A DNA stretch of 64,000 bases from Elusimicrobia bacterium GWA2_61_42 (GTDB taxonomy: Bacteria > Elusimicrobiota > Elusimicrobia > Elusimicrobiales > UBA9959). Below the pieces are notes generated by a model, which saw only the letters and a list, made by a program, of their open reading frames with translations, was not told the DNA's origin and did no database searches. The position numbers and the translations under genes are program-made. The stretch's first letter is position 1. Every line of letters begins with the position of its first letter. Shown piece after piece: positions 21,401-36,400 of the stretch. The stretch spans positions 27,268-91,267 of the forward strand of contig MGTU01000021.1 in assembly GCA_001799615.1 (NCBI GenBank), written 5' to 3'.

Positions 21401-24400
21401 GGCGTGCAGGTGCTGGTGAAAGCCCGCGGCGGGTTCAGCGCCACCTGGAAGGGCACCTATGCCAACAATCTTTCCGACTGGGACTTCAGCGAGAGCACCA
21501 AGTACCTCAACTGGGTCAACGCCGTCTACGCCAACGGCGGCTGGAGCATCCCCCTGCCCGCGCTTTCGCCCGTAAACAACAGCAAGATCTCGGTCTGGAC
21601 CCGGGCCACGGACGTGGCCGGCAACGTGGAAAATACGCCTTCGGACGCGCAGATCATCGCCAACCTGAACTTCAACGGCACGCCCGCCTATTACTTCACT
21701 TTCGACGACCTGATCCCGGAGACCGGCGTGACCGCGCCGGACAGGTACGCCCTCAGCGTGGCCACCGGCATAATAGCGGGCACGGCCTTCGACGCCGGCA
21801 CGGAACCCAGCAACGTCAGCGAGGTGCTGGTAAGGCTGCGGCGTTCCGACGACAAGTACTGGAGCTTCTACAACAGCAACTGGACCAGCGCCAACCCGAC
21901 GGACGTCTTCAACATGGACGGCACCAATAACTGGACCAAGGGCGTCCCCGTGACCTCGCAGGACGACGGCTACGCGTATTACGTCTACCATTACGCCAAG
22001 GACAACGCCCTGAACAACACCTCCGGGGCCTACTTCTCCACCTTTACCTTTATCGTGGACCTGACCACGCCCACTTCGAGGATCACTTTCCCGGCGCATA
22101 ACAGCTTTATCGGTTCCGTGCCGGCCATCGCGGGCACCGCCGACGACGCGGTAGAGAACCTCCAGGGCTGGACGTCGCCGCGCAATTACGAGGCCGGCAT
22201 CAGCACGGACACCGGCGTGGACCTGGCCATACAGCGCCTGACCGACGATAAGTGGTGGGACGGCACCGGCTTCGGCGCCGGGGCGCGCCAGTGGAAACTG
22301 ACCGTGTTCACCGGGGCTTCGTCCGGCACCTGGGTCTATAACCTCCCCGGCGGGGCCATAGCCGACGGCACCACCTACTACGCCATGACCCGCGTGCGCG
22401 ACCTGGTGGGCAACATCCAGACCATCTACACCACCAACTATTTCACCGGCGACACGACGCCTCCCGATTCGCGCGCTACCGCCCCCACCGGGTCGCTCTC
22501 CAACATCCTGGTGATCTCCGGTACGGCCCAGGATACCCTGCCCGGCGAACTGCTCGGCAGCAACATGGTCAGGATAGCGCTGCGCAAGATAACGGCGCCG
22601 CAGGCCTGCTATGACAACGCCTCCAACTCCTGGACGGGCTGCCCCGCTTTCGCCTATCCCAACGACCGCATCTGGTTCACCACCGGCACGGTCAACGACG
22701 TCCGCGGCCAGCCCGGCAACTGGACCTGGAACACTTCGGCCATCGGCTGGGCCAACGGCCACTCCTACGACATCCAGGCCCTGGCCATAGACAAGGCCGG
22801 CAACGTGCGCTGCCAGGCCGATCCCGCCGCCTGCCCCGGGCAGAATTCGCCCGACCTGACTTTCAGCTTCGTGTCGCCCGCGGCTAACACGTTCATAAAT
22901 ACCCCGGACACCGAAATGGGGAATTACCGCGGCAGCACCCCGGCCGGCGTAAGCGACCTGCAGTCCATCATCGGCAACGGCACCAACCTGCGCGCGTCGG
23001 GCAGCGTCCAGATACGCATTAAACGGCTGAAGGAGCCGGTCGCCTGGTGGTACCAGGGTTTGACCGAGCACTACTGGCTGGCCACCGACACCTATACCTT
23101 CGTTAACGCGACCGCCGGCGCCTGGTCTTTGGGTATTTCCGGCCTGGAGGCCTTCACGGTCGACAACGCCACCTACACGTTCTCCACCGTCGGCTACAAC
23201 TCCGCCAACGAAGCCCAGAGCCCGCCCACCAACCGCACGGTCATAGTCGACAACACCATGCCGCTGGGCGCGGTGCTCTCGCCGGGCAAGCCCTATATCA
23301 ACTCCATGCCGGTCATCTCCGGCACCGCCGCCGACCCCGGCCGCGAGGCGCTGGCCGCCGCTTACCGGGAAGGCATGAACCGCGTCCTGGTCATGATCCG
23401 GGACGACGCGGGTAAATACTGGAACGGCCAGACCTTCGACACGTTCATGTCGTCCAGCAACATCCTCGCCGACCAGACGCTCAACTGGAGCACGGCTACG
23501 GCCGTCACCGCGGCCATGAGGGACGGCCGCAGCTATACCGTTTTCGGCAAGCCCGAGGACAAGGCCGGCAACCGGGACGACAACGAAGGCAGCGCTCCTT
23601 CCTACTCCGTCATCTACGACACCACCACGCCAAAATCCTGGATAGCGCAGCCCGCGCCGCTGTCCATCCTGCGTTCGCTGGATTCCATCGCCGGCACGGC
23701 CATGGACCCGGCCGGGACCTACGGCCCGCTCAAGTCAGACCTGGTCAGGGTGGAACTGCAGATCTACGAGGAGAGCACTCCTAAATGGTGGCATCACGGG
23801 ACAAGCAACTGGTCGGTGACCAGTTCCAGCTTCAACGCGGTGACCGGCACCGACAACTGGAATTACACCAACCCCGCCCTGCCCCCCAGGCTGACTTCGG
23901 GCTGGTATTACATACTGCAGTCCCGCGCCGTGGACGCCGCCGGCAACAACCAGGCCGGGTTCATCAACAATATCTCCTCGCTCACCTTTATCTGGGACGT
24001 GACGCCGCCGGTCACCTTCCTGGTGCAGCCGATGAACGGCGAAAATTACAAGCCGTCCGCTCTGACCGGCGTTAACGCGCTCAACGGCACGGCTTCGGAC
24101 GCGGTACTGCCTTATACCACCGACCACCTGAGCAAGGTGCAGATGAACCTCTCCTACCTGGACACCGGGGTCACGTATTACTGGAACGATGCCTCTTTCA
24201 CCAACGCCATCTCTTCGGAAGCCGCCTGGGTGGAAGTCGTGGGCACGGCTACCTGGAGAAGGACTTTCGACGGTGTTTCCACTTTGTACGGCCAGTCGTT
24301 CGGCAACTGGATCTCGGACAAGGATTACACCCTGATGATCCGCGCCTTCGACACCGCGGCCCCGCTGGGGGTCAACGGCGGCAACGAACAGGACCCGCTT

Positions 24401-27400
24401 ACCATCGCCCGCTTCGTGGTGGACGGAACGCCGCCCGTGTCGCGCGTTTCCACCCCCACGGCGAACAGCTTCATCCAGGGCACGCTGCCCGAGATCTCCG
24501 GCACCAGCTACGCCGGCCGCTCGGGCCAGGCGGCTTTCCCCAACGGCCTGAAGCTGAAGATCTCCAACGACGTCGCCGGCGATACTTACTACTGGAACGG
24601 CCACACCGCGCAGGGCTGGAGCTCCGGCACCCCGGTGGAACTGCCGGTGCAGTATACGTCCTCCCAGTCCACCATAACCTGGAGATACCCGCCGGCCACT
24701 TACGACGCGCCGACCATTTTGATCAACAGCCAGGACTACACTATTTCCATAGCCGGCATCGACAAGGCCGGCAATACGGAGACGGCCGCGGAAATAACCG
24801 TCACGTCCGACTTCAATTACCCGGTCATAAGCATCTCCACCCCGATGGCCGGCGCAAGTTCTTTCTACGGCCCGTCCCGCCCCACCGGCCTGCTGACCGG
24901 CAACTCCGCCGACACCCCGGCCCAGATCCTGCCGCCGATAAAAATTCAGCTCTCGAATATTTCCGAGCCGGGCGCCGTGAAGCCGAAGTGGGACGGTTTT
25001 GTCTGGACGGTGGTGACCTCTACCTGGCTGGGCGTTTCCGACCTGAGCCCGTGGACTTACCCGCAGCCGGCCTGGCCTTCCAATAAGCGCCTGAAGGCGG
25101 AGTTCTGGGCCGTGGACTACGCCGGCAACCAGGTGCCGGACAGCACTTATACCAGGGAGTTCATTTATGACGTGAACAAACCCTCCTCCACCATAGCCGC
25201 GCCCTCGGCCGCCTTCCATACCGCCGCGCAGGTCGCGGCTTTCTCCGGCGGGGCCGCCGACTGGATCAATACTTCCACGGAAGCCATGAGCGGCCTGACC
25301 CCCGACGGCATAGAGATACAGATAGTGGAGCCTTCCGGCAATAAGTTCAACGGGGTCGGTTTCGCGGTGGGCGACTACTGGCGCAAGACCACTTTTGCCA
25401 CCACGACGTTCACCAACGACGGCGTGTTCGGGCTGGACATCGTCACGGCCGCCAACTGGACCTACCCGCGCTCTCCCGACGCCTGGCCGCCGGCGCTGGT
25501 GGAGAAGAGCACCTACACGGTGCGCGTGCGCTCTACCGACCGGTCGCTGAACACCGAGAACTACGTGGAAAAGTCTTTCTGCTACGACGCCTCCGCCCCG
25601 ACCGCCACCATAACCATGCCGGGCAATTTCGCCTACGTGGCCATGCCGGTCATCTCCGGCACGCTGCTGGAGCAGGCGAGCTACCCCGACCCCGCGGACG
25701 GCATACAGGTGGTGGTCCAGCGTGTTTCGGACCTGAACTACTGGAACGGCGCCGTCTTCGAGAAAGACACCGCCAACTTCCCGCCGGATGGTTTCAACCC
25801 AGCGGTCCACTGGCGCAACGCCACCACCATAGGCGCCGCCTCCTGGAGTCTGGCCGAGCCCGCCCTTAATACTTACTTCAACAGCCTCAGGGCCTCCAAC
25901 GCCTCGCTGCAGTTCCGCCTCTACCTGCGCGCCAAGGACATCGCGGGCAACCAGTCGCGCGCCGGCGCCGGCACGCCGGCCAACCCGGAAGTCAGCTTTA
26001 CCGTCGACCCGATCGTGCCGTCTTCCAAAGTTACCTACCCGTCCAGCGGCGCGTACGTTAACGCCCCCATAACGCGCATCGGCGGCACCGCCACCGACAC
26101 CAGCCTGGGCGTGCCTTCGGGCCTGAACAGCGTGCGCCTGCGCTTCTCGAAACTTAACCTGGGCGGCACCCGCTACTATTACAACTGGGTGCTGAACAAC
26201 TGGGGTACCGATTCCGCGGCCTGGATCTTCACCCCGGTGGACCTGGCGCTGGACCCGTGGAACAGGACTATTCCCGCCTCGGCCTTTACCGGGGACAGCA
26301 CTAACAACGGCGACGGCTACCGTTTCGAGGTCCAGTCCGAGACCAAGGACAAGACCCAGGTACCCAACGGCGGCCCCAACACCGAGGTGCTCTACGCCAC
26401 TTCCACTTTCGTCATGGACCTCAGCACGCCTACCGCGGCCATCCAGCAGCCGCCGCACCTCAGCTATTTCAGGGCGCTGTCCTCGCTGTCCGGCACTTCG
26501 GAGGACGTAGTCGCCACCCCCGTGGGCGGCCCCGCGGGCGGGGGGGGCATCCCGTCAGGGCTGGCGTCCATGGAGTACGTGCTGACGGACACCGACAGGC
26601 TGCCTAACCGCTACTGGGACTTTAACGCCGGCGCCTGGTCGGCCTCCTACGTCTCCAGCGTCACCGCGCCGGGCGCCAGCTGGACCATGGCCGCGCTGCC
26701 GGCCAACTTCCCGCCCTCGGCCGCCGCTTCCTGGGCGGTAACGCGCTCCAGCGCCACCTTCCTGCTTAAGATGAAGTTTACGGATAACGCCGTCAACGTC
26801 TCCAGTTTCACCGTGAATTATTCCACTTTCACGCTGGACCTGATCCTGCCGGTCTCCAAGGTGACCTCTCCCGGCGTAGAGGACGGCTTCCAGCTGGTGG
26901 TTTCCAGCATCGTGGGCACGGCCACCGACTTTACCTCCGGCATCTCCACCGTGCAGGTGCGCATACAGCAGGACACCGCCCAGACGGACTGTACGGACAC
27001 GTCGGCCAACGGCCGGTACTGGGGCGGCTCGGCCTGGCAGGCCGGCGAAAAGTGGCTGGGCGTCAACTCTTATACCCCGGGCGATACGTCCTGGACCTTG
27101 GACACTTCCGCGGTCGTCTTCAAGGCGCAGTGCTACTACGTCATAAAATCCAGCGCCGTGGATAACGTCAGCAACGGCGAACTGAACTGGGGTTCGCGGC
27201 GTTTCAAATTCACCCCGCCGCCGGCCTTCACCCGCGTGACCGTGCCGGACAACCTGAAGTATTACAAGGCCGTGACCCTGATCAGCGGCACGGCCAATGC
27301 CGACGCCGAGAGCGTGGCGCTGCAGGTGCGCCGCCTCAGCAACAACGATTATTGGAACTTTGGCACTTCTTCCTGGCAGGTCGCCCTTACCTCGGCTTCC

Positions 27401-30400
27401 GGCATAGCGCCGGCCGGCGGCGCCTGGACCTATAACACCAACCTGCCGCCGCTGGTAAGCGGGTCCTCCTACACGTTCCGGGCCATCGGCAAGAGCTTCT
27501 CGGAGGTGGACGAGTCCGCCCCGGCCACCAACCAGGTTTATTTCGACACTTTGAAGCCCGAGGCGTTCGTCCAGGTGCCGGACTCCGGGCAGCTGTATTA
27601 CAACAGCCTGCCTAAGCTGGGCGGCACCGCCACCGACCCGCCCGGCGCCACGCCCCCGGCCTCCGGCATCTCGCGCGTCTGGGCCGAGATAGCCGACGTG
27701 AACGGTCCGTCCGCCGGCAAATTCTGGGACAACGCCACTTCCACGTTCACCGCCGTCTGGAACCAGGCCGGCAACCAGGGGGTGTATTATATTGCCGCGT
27801 CGTCCTGGACCTACTCGGTGGCGTACCCCACCGCGGCCTATACCAACGGCGTGCAGTACCAGGTCCGCGCCAAGTCGCTGGATAATACTTACAACAACAG
27901 TTCTCCCGAGGGTACCGAGTCGGATTTCTCCGGCGGCAACCTTTTCAGCTTCGACGTCACCGTCCCCACCGCGGTGGTCACCGCCGTCTCCGCGGCGCAG
28001 AGCCGCTCCGGGGTGGCCGTGGCCAGCGGCACCATCCTGGAGGACCTGGTGATCGTCAACGTGGGCCTGCAGCCGGGCGTGCAGATACAGGGCATCAGGG
28101 TGCACCTGAAAGACAATAACCTGGTGCAGTACTGGAACGGCGGCGGCTGGGACTCCAATCCCGCGGTCTGGGCCGCGGCTGCCGTACACCAGTCGTCCTG
28201 GTCGCTCTCGTCCCTGCCCGCCTGGGCCGACGACGGCTCCTATACCGTCTGGGCCGAGGCTTCCGACAAGGCCGGCAACACGCAGACGGTGTTCGCCGGC
28301 AACGGCTCTTCCGTCACGTTCACGGTGGACAAGGCGGCGCCTACGCTGGCCGTGCTGAACCCCGCCGCCAATACCAAGATCTCCACCGTGCTGTCGGTTT
28401 CCGGCACGGCTAACGACCCCAACTACGGCACCAATTCCGGCATAGCCGGCCCGGCCAATATCCAGGCGCAGGTTTCCTACCTGCTGGCCGGAGATACCTA
28501 CTATTACGACAACGCCGCCACCTTCTCTTCGTTTACGCTCAGCGATACCAATTCCTGGTGGCCCGCCACTACCTGGACGCCGCAGGGGCCCTCTTCCGGC
28601 ACCTGGATTTACGACCCGGCCGGCCTGACCGCGTCCATGGTGCCGGACAAGGTTTACCGTTTCCGCGCCCGCGCGCAGGACAACGCCATCCCCGTGCCCA
28701 ACCCGGCCGTCCTTACGGCCAACGCCGTAACCAATCTCAACGTCATCTACGACGTTACGCCGCCGGTTTCAAGAATAACCTTCCCGTACGACCTGGCCAG
28801 GATACGGACGCTGGTCTCCATCGCCGGCACTTCCCAGGATAACCTGGCGGGGATCTCCACGCTGGGACAGCTGGGAGTCAGCATCGCGGAGAAGTCCCCG
28901 GCCGGCGGTCACTGGAACGGCGTCTACCCCGGCACTTTCACGCTGACCTCCGAAGTTTTCCAGCCGCTCAGCGCGGCTTCGCTGGCCGCTTCTTACGACG
29001 GGCTGACCTGGAGTTTCACCGCTCCCAACCTGCGCGACGGCTATACCTACATCATAAAGGTGCGAGCTTCGGACGACGTCACGCCGGCCAATACCGAGGC
29101 GGTCATCTCGTCCGTGACTTTCACGTACGATACCACGCCCCCGGCGGCGGCCATTACCTACCCGTACACCCTGCCGGACTCGCGCGGCAACCTCAAGGCC
29201 CTGGTCACCGTTTCCGGCACCGCCTACGAGCAGTTCGTCATCCGCTCGGCTTCCATTTCCGTGCAGGAGGCCGATACCCTGCTTTACTACGATACGCAGT
29301 TCTCCACCTTCAACTCCCTCGGGCAGAAGTGGATAACCGCGGGCATAGACGTCAGCCCGGGCCCCAACTATACCTGGAGCGTGGCCGCGCCCCCGCTGAC
29401 CGACAACAAGAATTACAACCTGCAGGTCACCGCCAACGACGCCGCCGGCAACGCGCTTACCCCGGGCTCGCCGATAGTGGTGCGCTACGACGTGTCGGCC
29501 CCGCTGTCGCGGCCCGTCCTGCCGGTAAATAACGGCTTCATCAAGTCGCTGACGCAGGTTACCGGGACCGCGGCGGACATAAACTCCAACCCGTCGGGCA
29601 TCTCGGGCTCGCAGGTGAAGATCCAGCGTAATATAGACAGCCTGTACTGGAACGGCTCCACCTGGGGCACGGAAGCCTGGCTGGACCCCATGGGCGGCAC
29701 GCCCTGGACCAAGAATACCCAGCTGCCGCCTTCGGATAATTTCTCCGGGCTGCACGACACCAGGCAGTATACCGTGATGACCCGCGCCTACGACGTGGCC
29801 GGCAACACCCAGAGCGTCATCCTGGCGGGCAACGTCTTCACGTTCGATATCTCCAGCCCCACGGCTTTCGTTTCGCTGCCGCTGGACGGCTCGCGCTATA
29901 ATACGCTGCCACAGGTTTCCGGCACCGCGGAAGACCTGTTCAACGTGAATTTCCCGCAGGTGCGTCTCTACGACATCCCGCTCAACAAGTTCTGGATGGA
30001 AGGTACCGGCTCCTGCGGCGGCGCCGCCCTGCCCGGCTGGGTCGGCCCGTCCTGCGCCGCCTTCCCCGAGATCTGGAACGTGGCCCTGGACTCCTCCTCG
30101 GCTTCCGGCAGCTTCAACTGGGGCTATAATTCCTCCGCCCTGCCCTGGCCGGACCGCGACCATGAACTGCGCGTGGAAGCCAAAGTGGCGGACCAGGCCG
30201 GCAACTACACTTTCACTTCCTCCACGTTCAGCTATGACGCCACGCCCCCCGGCTCGCGCATCCTGTACCCGCCCGTCAACGACCTGCTGTACTCGTCCAT
30301 GACGGCTATTTCCGGCACCTCGCTGGACCTCACTTCGGCCGTGAACGAGGTGCGCATCCGGCTCTGGTACCTGAGCGGTCCCAGCACCTATTACTGGCAG

Positions 30401-33400
30401 CCCACCGCCCCTCACTGGTCGGCCTCCGATACCGGCTGGCAGTCCATCGGCGGCGCCCCCGGGCCCAAGGCCACGCTGAACCCGTGGAGCTATACCAACT
30501 CCGATTTCTCCAACCCCGGCACCGTTAATTTCGCCTGGAAAGAAGGCACCCACGACGGAGAGAACGGCAAGACTTTCCAGATAATCACCAGGGCCGTGGA
30601 CGCCACCACCAACGAGGAGACCACGGTCAGCACGCGCACCTTCGTGTTCGACAACGTGCCGCCCGTTTCCGCCCCCGTGCAGCCCGGCATCGATACGGCC
30701 TACCGCAACCTGCCCGTCATTCATGGCACTTCCGTGGACGCCGTCACCACGGTGGCCTCGGTCAAGATCTCCATCCTGGGCCAGGACGAGGGCGGCGGGC
30801 AGAAGTATTTCGACGGGTCCAATTTCATCAACGTTACCGAGACCTGGCTGCCCATACAGCCGGCCAACCTTTACCCGTCGTCCTGGTCGTATACCAACGG
30901 CCTGCTGACGCTGCTGGACAAGCGCCATTACATAGTTAAGTCCTCGGCCACCGACTCCATAGGCAACGTGCAGAACATCGTGGGCCAGTCCAGGTTCCTC
31001 TTCGACACTACCGAGCCGCAGTCGGTGGTGGTCAGCCCGGTCAACGCCACGGTGTACAACGACAACAAGGTCGTGCTGGGCAATTCTTCGGACCCGGGGT
31101 TCACCAACGGGATCAACGGCACCGGTTCGGGCGTGTACCCGAGCCTGCCCTGGCACTCCGGCAAAGTGGACGCGCTGGTTTTCCGCGATACCGAGCCGTT
31201 CCTGGCTTCCAACGGGCCGATAATCTACGGCGCCTGGGACGACTCCGGCTATTTCTGGAACGGCTCCACCTGGGCCGCCGCCGCCGCCGGGCCCGTCTGG
31301 CAGGCGGGTCAGTTTACGGACTCGCTGGGCAACTGGCAGTATTCGGGCCTGGTCTGCCCCGATCCTAATCCGACCAATATCCCCTGCTGGGTGCGCGGCG
31401 ACCCGTATGTTTCCTGGGTGCGCGTTACCGATAACGCCGCCAACACGGAAACGATCATCGACCAGGGGCCCAAGTTCTACATCGCGGCCCCCGCGCAGAG
31501 CTTCCTGGTCACCGTCTCGGCCGACCCGATGACGGCCGGTTCCGATATCAATATGAGCGTGACGGCCAAGGACGGACCCAACGGCACCGGCAATACGGCC
31601 GCCGCCTACCAGGGCCTGGCGAATTTCTACCTGGACGGCGTGCCCGGCGGCCCCGAGGTGATGGATACCGACGGCGTGATGGACAACTACCACGGCCTGC
31701 CCCAGCAGTACCTGTTCCTCCCCGGGGACTTCGGCACCAGGACCTTCCAGATGCGGGCGCGCAAGGCCGGCGGCCGCGTGCTGCGCGCCGAGGACAACGA
31801 TAACCCCGCTATCTTCGGGACCAGGAACATTACCGTGAACCCGACTACGCCGGACCGCGTGCAGGTGATAGCGGACTTCGACCCTTCCGGCCAGCAGCCC
31901 GCCCCCGGGCGCATGGACTTCGGCGTGGAAGGCAGCACCGGCGCGCCGCGCACCAAGCCGGCCGGTTCGAACGTGCCTTTCCTGCTGCAGGTTACCGACA
32001 TGTACTGGAACCTGGTGGTCTCTTCCGCCGCCAGCGTTTACGTGAGCGACACAGATACTAATAATGACAGTATCTCCGCCGACGGCCTGGTGGTGTTCAC
32101 CGGCTCTACCACTATTTCCCGCACCTTCGTGTCGGCCAACTCTGCCGGCTGGGGCGTTACCGCTTCCGGCCAGGGCCTTTATACCAACCCGCGCAACCCG
32201 TCCTCCAACGTGCCGGTCATCGCCCAGGCCGCCGACCGCCTGCTGGCCCTGCTGCCCGGCGAGACCAGGGTGCAGGGCAAGGCTTATGTGCAGCCGTACG
32301 GCAAGACGGGCACGCCCGACGACAGGCTGGCAGGCTCCACGCTGCCGGTAACCGTCTACGGCGTGGACCCTTACTATAACACCGACATTACGGCCGCTTT
32401 CCAGGTTTCCGCCGCTATCACCAGCGATCCCTATGACATTACGCCGGCGCCGCAGAACCTGGTCTCCGGCGCCACCGTCTTCGTGTTCGTCCCCGTGGTG
32501 GCCGCCACCCAGACCATAAAAACGGAAAGCTCCTCCCTGTCGCCGGCGACTTCGGTCTACTTTACCCCTAACCCGGTGAAAGTCTGGTGGAACCGCCCCG
32601 CCAAGCTGCACCTTATTCCCGCGGGCCAGGCCCTGGACGCCGGCCGGCCGCCCTACAGCTCCAACCCTTCGGGCGGCGGCAAGTCGGGCTCGTCTTACGC
32701 GCTGCAGGCGGGCGTCACCACCCAGATGGCCGTTTACCTGGTGGACGATTACTATAACGTGGTCAGGGGCACCACCCCCTTCATGGTGGATGTGGCCTCC
32801 AATACCCCGGTCATCCAGGTGGACTTCCTCAACGACCCGAACATCCAGGGCCGCGGCATGCACCCGACCCCCTACCAGAAGAGCCTTGTGGCCGGCGCGA
32901 CTAATTTCAGCGTGATCCCCGTGACCCGCAACCAGACCACCGGGCTTTCCGTGCGGGTGACGGACACGGGCCTCACCAGCACTTTCTACAGCACCGATAC
33001 CGTTAACGGGGTGATAGTCAACCCCGCGCCGGCCGTGAACATGCTGCTGCTGGTGCCCAACGAGGTAGCGGCCGAAGGCGTGCCGGGGGGCAAGACCGGC
33101 ACCGCCGGGCCCCTGGTGGCCGGCTCCACCTATACCGTCTCGGTACGGGCCGTGGATACCTACGGCAACCTTACCACCGACGGCCGCATGGTGCGCATAA
33201 TTTCCAACGACATTTACGCCGTGCATCCGCCCGCGCAGCCCATGGCCGGCGGTATCGCCATGATAAACGGTTTCGTCCCCAGCGCCGCCACCAATAACAT
33301 GGTGATAGACGCCCTGGACGACGACAGCGTGACGCCCAAGCTTTCCACCGGCACCGATTCGGGCGTAGTGGTGGCCCCGGGCACGGCTTCCCGCCTGATC

Positions 33401-36400
33401 GTGCTGCTGCCTACCCAGTACCTGGTGCCGGGAAAGACCGTCCCGCCTTACGGCGTGGCCGGCAGTATTTCCACCCAGACGGCCGGCGTTTACTTTACCG
33501 CTTCGGTCTATGCCGCCGACACCCGCTATAACCGGGTGTACGGCATAGCGAAGAGCAATATCCGCGCCACTTCGGACGACGCCTTCGCCCCCAACCTGGG
33601 CTTCTTCGAAATGACGGACGGCAGCGCCACGATCACCAACATAAGCCTGCGCAGCGCCGGCTTCAGGACCGTTACGGCCACCGACCTGAGCGGCAGCCTG
33701 CCTAACCTCGGGGCCACGCCCAGCGGCACCTTCCTGCTTAACCCGAATAACCCGACCAAGCTGCGGACCATGGTGCCCGTGGAAACCAGGGTGGGCGGCT
33801 CTACCGGCAACGGCCGCACAGGGGTCGTAGACGGCCAGCAGGCCGGCTTCCCCTTCACGGTGACGGTGGACATCGCCGACGCTTTCTGGAACCTTACGCC
33901 GGGCGCCAGCCAGGAGATAAGGCTGGTCTGCAACGACCCGTTCTCCATCGTCAGTCCTTCCACGCAGGTAGTGCTGGGCTCGGCCACGTTCACCGTGACG
34001 CCGAAAAGGGCCGGCCCCACCTATGTCCGCGCCGAGATGGTCGCCGCCGTGCCGGCGTGGGGCCCGACGCTGAACGTGGACACGGCCACGCTGGTGAACG
34101 TAGCCGCCGGCATCCCGCGCCGCATGCTGCTGCTGATGCCGGGGGAAACTTTCGACCAGGGCTCTCCTACGGGCAAGGTCGGGTCGCTGGGCGAGCAGAA
34201 AGCCGGCACCGACTTCGGCGTGACCGTGGGCGTGGTGGACGACTTCTTCAACCTGGTCCCCGGGCGCCCCGCGGACGTGCGCGTGAACACGCCCTCCGAC
34301 CCTTACGCCCCGGCCGTGAGCACCGCGGCTATCAATACCGGTTCCGGCTATACCGACCTCATGTACGTGAACCTGCATAAGGCCGCCACGCATTACCTGA
34401 CGGCCACGGACTACGGCTCCTCCGGTCTTTCGGACGATCCCCAGTCCTCGACCTTTACGGTGCGCCCGGCCGACCCCGTGGGCCTGCAGCTGCTGGTCCC
34501 GGGCCAGACCGCCGTGCCGGGCTCCGGCGCCTATCCCGCCGGCGGCAAGGTTTCCGTTATTTCCACGCAAACGGCCGGTACGCCTTTCTACGTGACCGTG
34601 AACCTGGTCGACCCGTACATGAACCGCTATACCGACCTTACCGTAGGCCCCACCGTCTACCTGGTAACCTCGGATATTTACGACGCTGAAACTTCCAGCT
34701 CCGCCCTCAACTACGGTACCCTGCAGATGCAGATGAACCTGGTGACCAGGACCAGCGCGTCCACCATAAAGGTTTTCCCGGTAAGCGCGGCCGATAACAA
34801 CGTCTGTTCGGGGAATTTCGGCGACGTCTGCCTGGGCTCCGACGCGGCCGCCAAGGCTTCTCTGAAGGTGTTCTCCTCCACCGCCACGCGGCTGGAAGTC
34901 GTGCTGCCCGGCCAGGGGCTGGCCGAGGGTAAGTGCAATATCAGCCCGCCCTGCCGCGACCCTATGATCTCCTGGCCCGGGCGCACCGGGCCTCCGGCCG
35001 CCCATACCATAGGCACAGGCGCCATGTTCGCCAGCGTTTACGTCACCGACCAGTTCTACAACCGGGCCACCGAACTGGTCGCCGCGGCCCAGGATACCAA
35101 TCCCGTGGCCGTGATGCCCTCCGTAGAAATTTCGATGCCGGGAGATTTCAAGACCCTCAAGCCGAGCCCGCAGACCTTGTCCAACGGCAGCGCGGTGTTC
35201 TCCATAGACGCCCGCACCGCTTTAAGCAGCTATACCGTGGTAGGCGCCACCATCGCGGCTTCCGCGGCCTCCTACGCCACCGGCATTTCCACTATCGCCG
35301 TCAATCCGGGCCCGCCCACGCATATGCTTTACGTGCTGCCCTCCACCACGGTGGTGGCCGGCTTCCCGTTCTCGGCCACGCTGATAGTGCGGGATATTTA
35401 CGAGAACAACTGCTCCACGGGCCCCAATGTTTACCTGGGTACGGCCGCTTTCGCGATGGTCGATCAAATCAACCCCAACCAGGATTCCAGCCTGTCCGCG
35501 CCTACGGTGCCCTTCTACCGCTCGGACCTGGCGGTTAAGGACCTGCCCGGCTGGTTCACTTTCCGCAAGGCCGGGGTCAACACGATGGGGGCTTACGATA
35601 CCCTCAACCCCATGGTGAACGTTACCCCGCTGGTGAACGTGGCCGTGCTGCCCGGCCCGCCCAATATTTACCGCGTCGAACCCAACGCTGACGTCGAGGT
35701 CGGGGCCGGGTCCAACGACCTCCGCGGGCAGAAAGTAATGACCGCGCAGCTCTCCGACGCGTTCGATAATAATATTTCCTCCTCCGGCGTGCCGGCCTAC
35801 CTGGACATCGCCGAGGTGGTCGGCGACACAGGAACGCTGCAGTACCAGAGCGGCGCCAGCTGGCTCTATATGGGCGTTTCCACCATCGTTTACACGGACC
35901 TTAACGGGCAGGTCGGCATTTCCACGCCCATGGCTTACAGGGTGTCCAGCAAGGCGGGCGACTGGGCCCGCGTCTGGATCGGCACCACCACCGTGGCCGG
36001 GCCGGCCGCCTACGCCACTTACGTGGCCGCCAGGCAGAACGTCAGCGGCAAGATGACCACCATCGGCGGCGTGCCTTCCAAGCTGCTCTTTATCTCCAGC
36101 CAGCCGGCCGCCACGGTAGGCATACAGGAAGTGGCCGGCGCCGGCGCGCCGTTCACCCTGGAACGCCGCGACTATTTCAATAACCTTACCACGGAAGGGC
36201 AGACCGACGTCTTCCTCAGCCTGCCTTCGGCCCAGGTCTCCATCCATACGGCGCTGGGCCGTACGATGGGTACGTTCGGTACCTTCGGGGACTACGGCTT
36301 CCGCGGGCCCATGAACGACCAGTTCATCCCGGTGGCCAGCATCCTGCCCAACCAGACCAATGTTTCGTTCCGCTACCATGACCGGACGTCCTCCTACTCC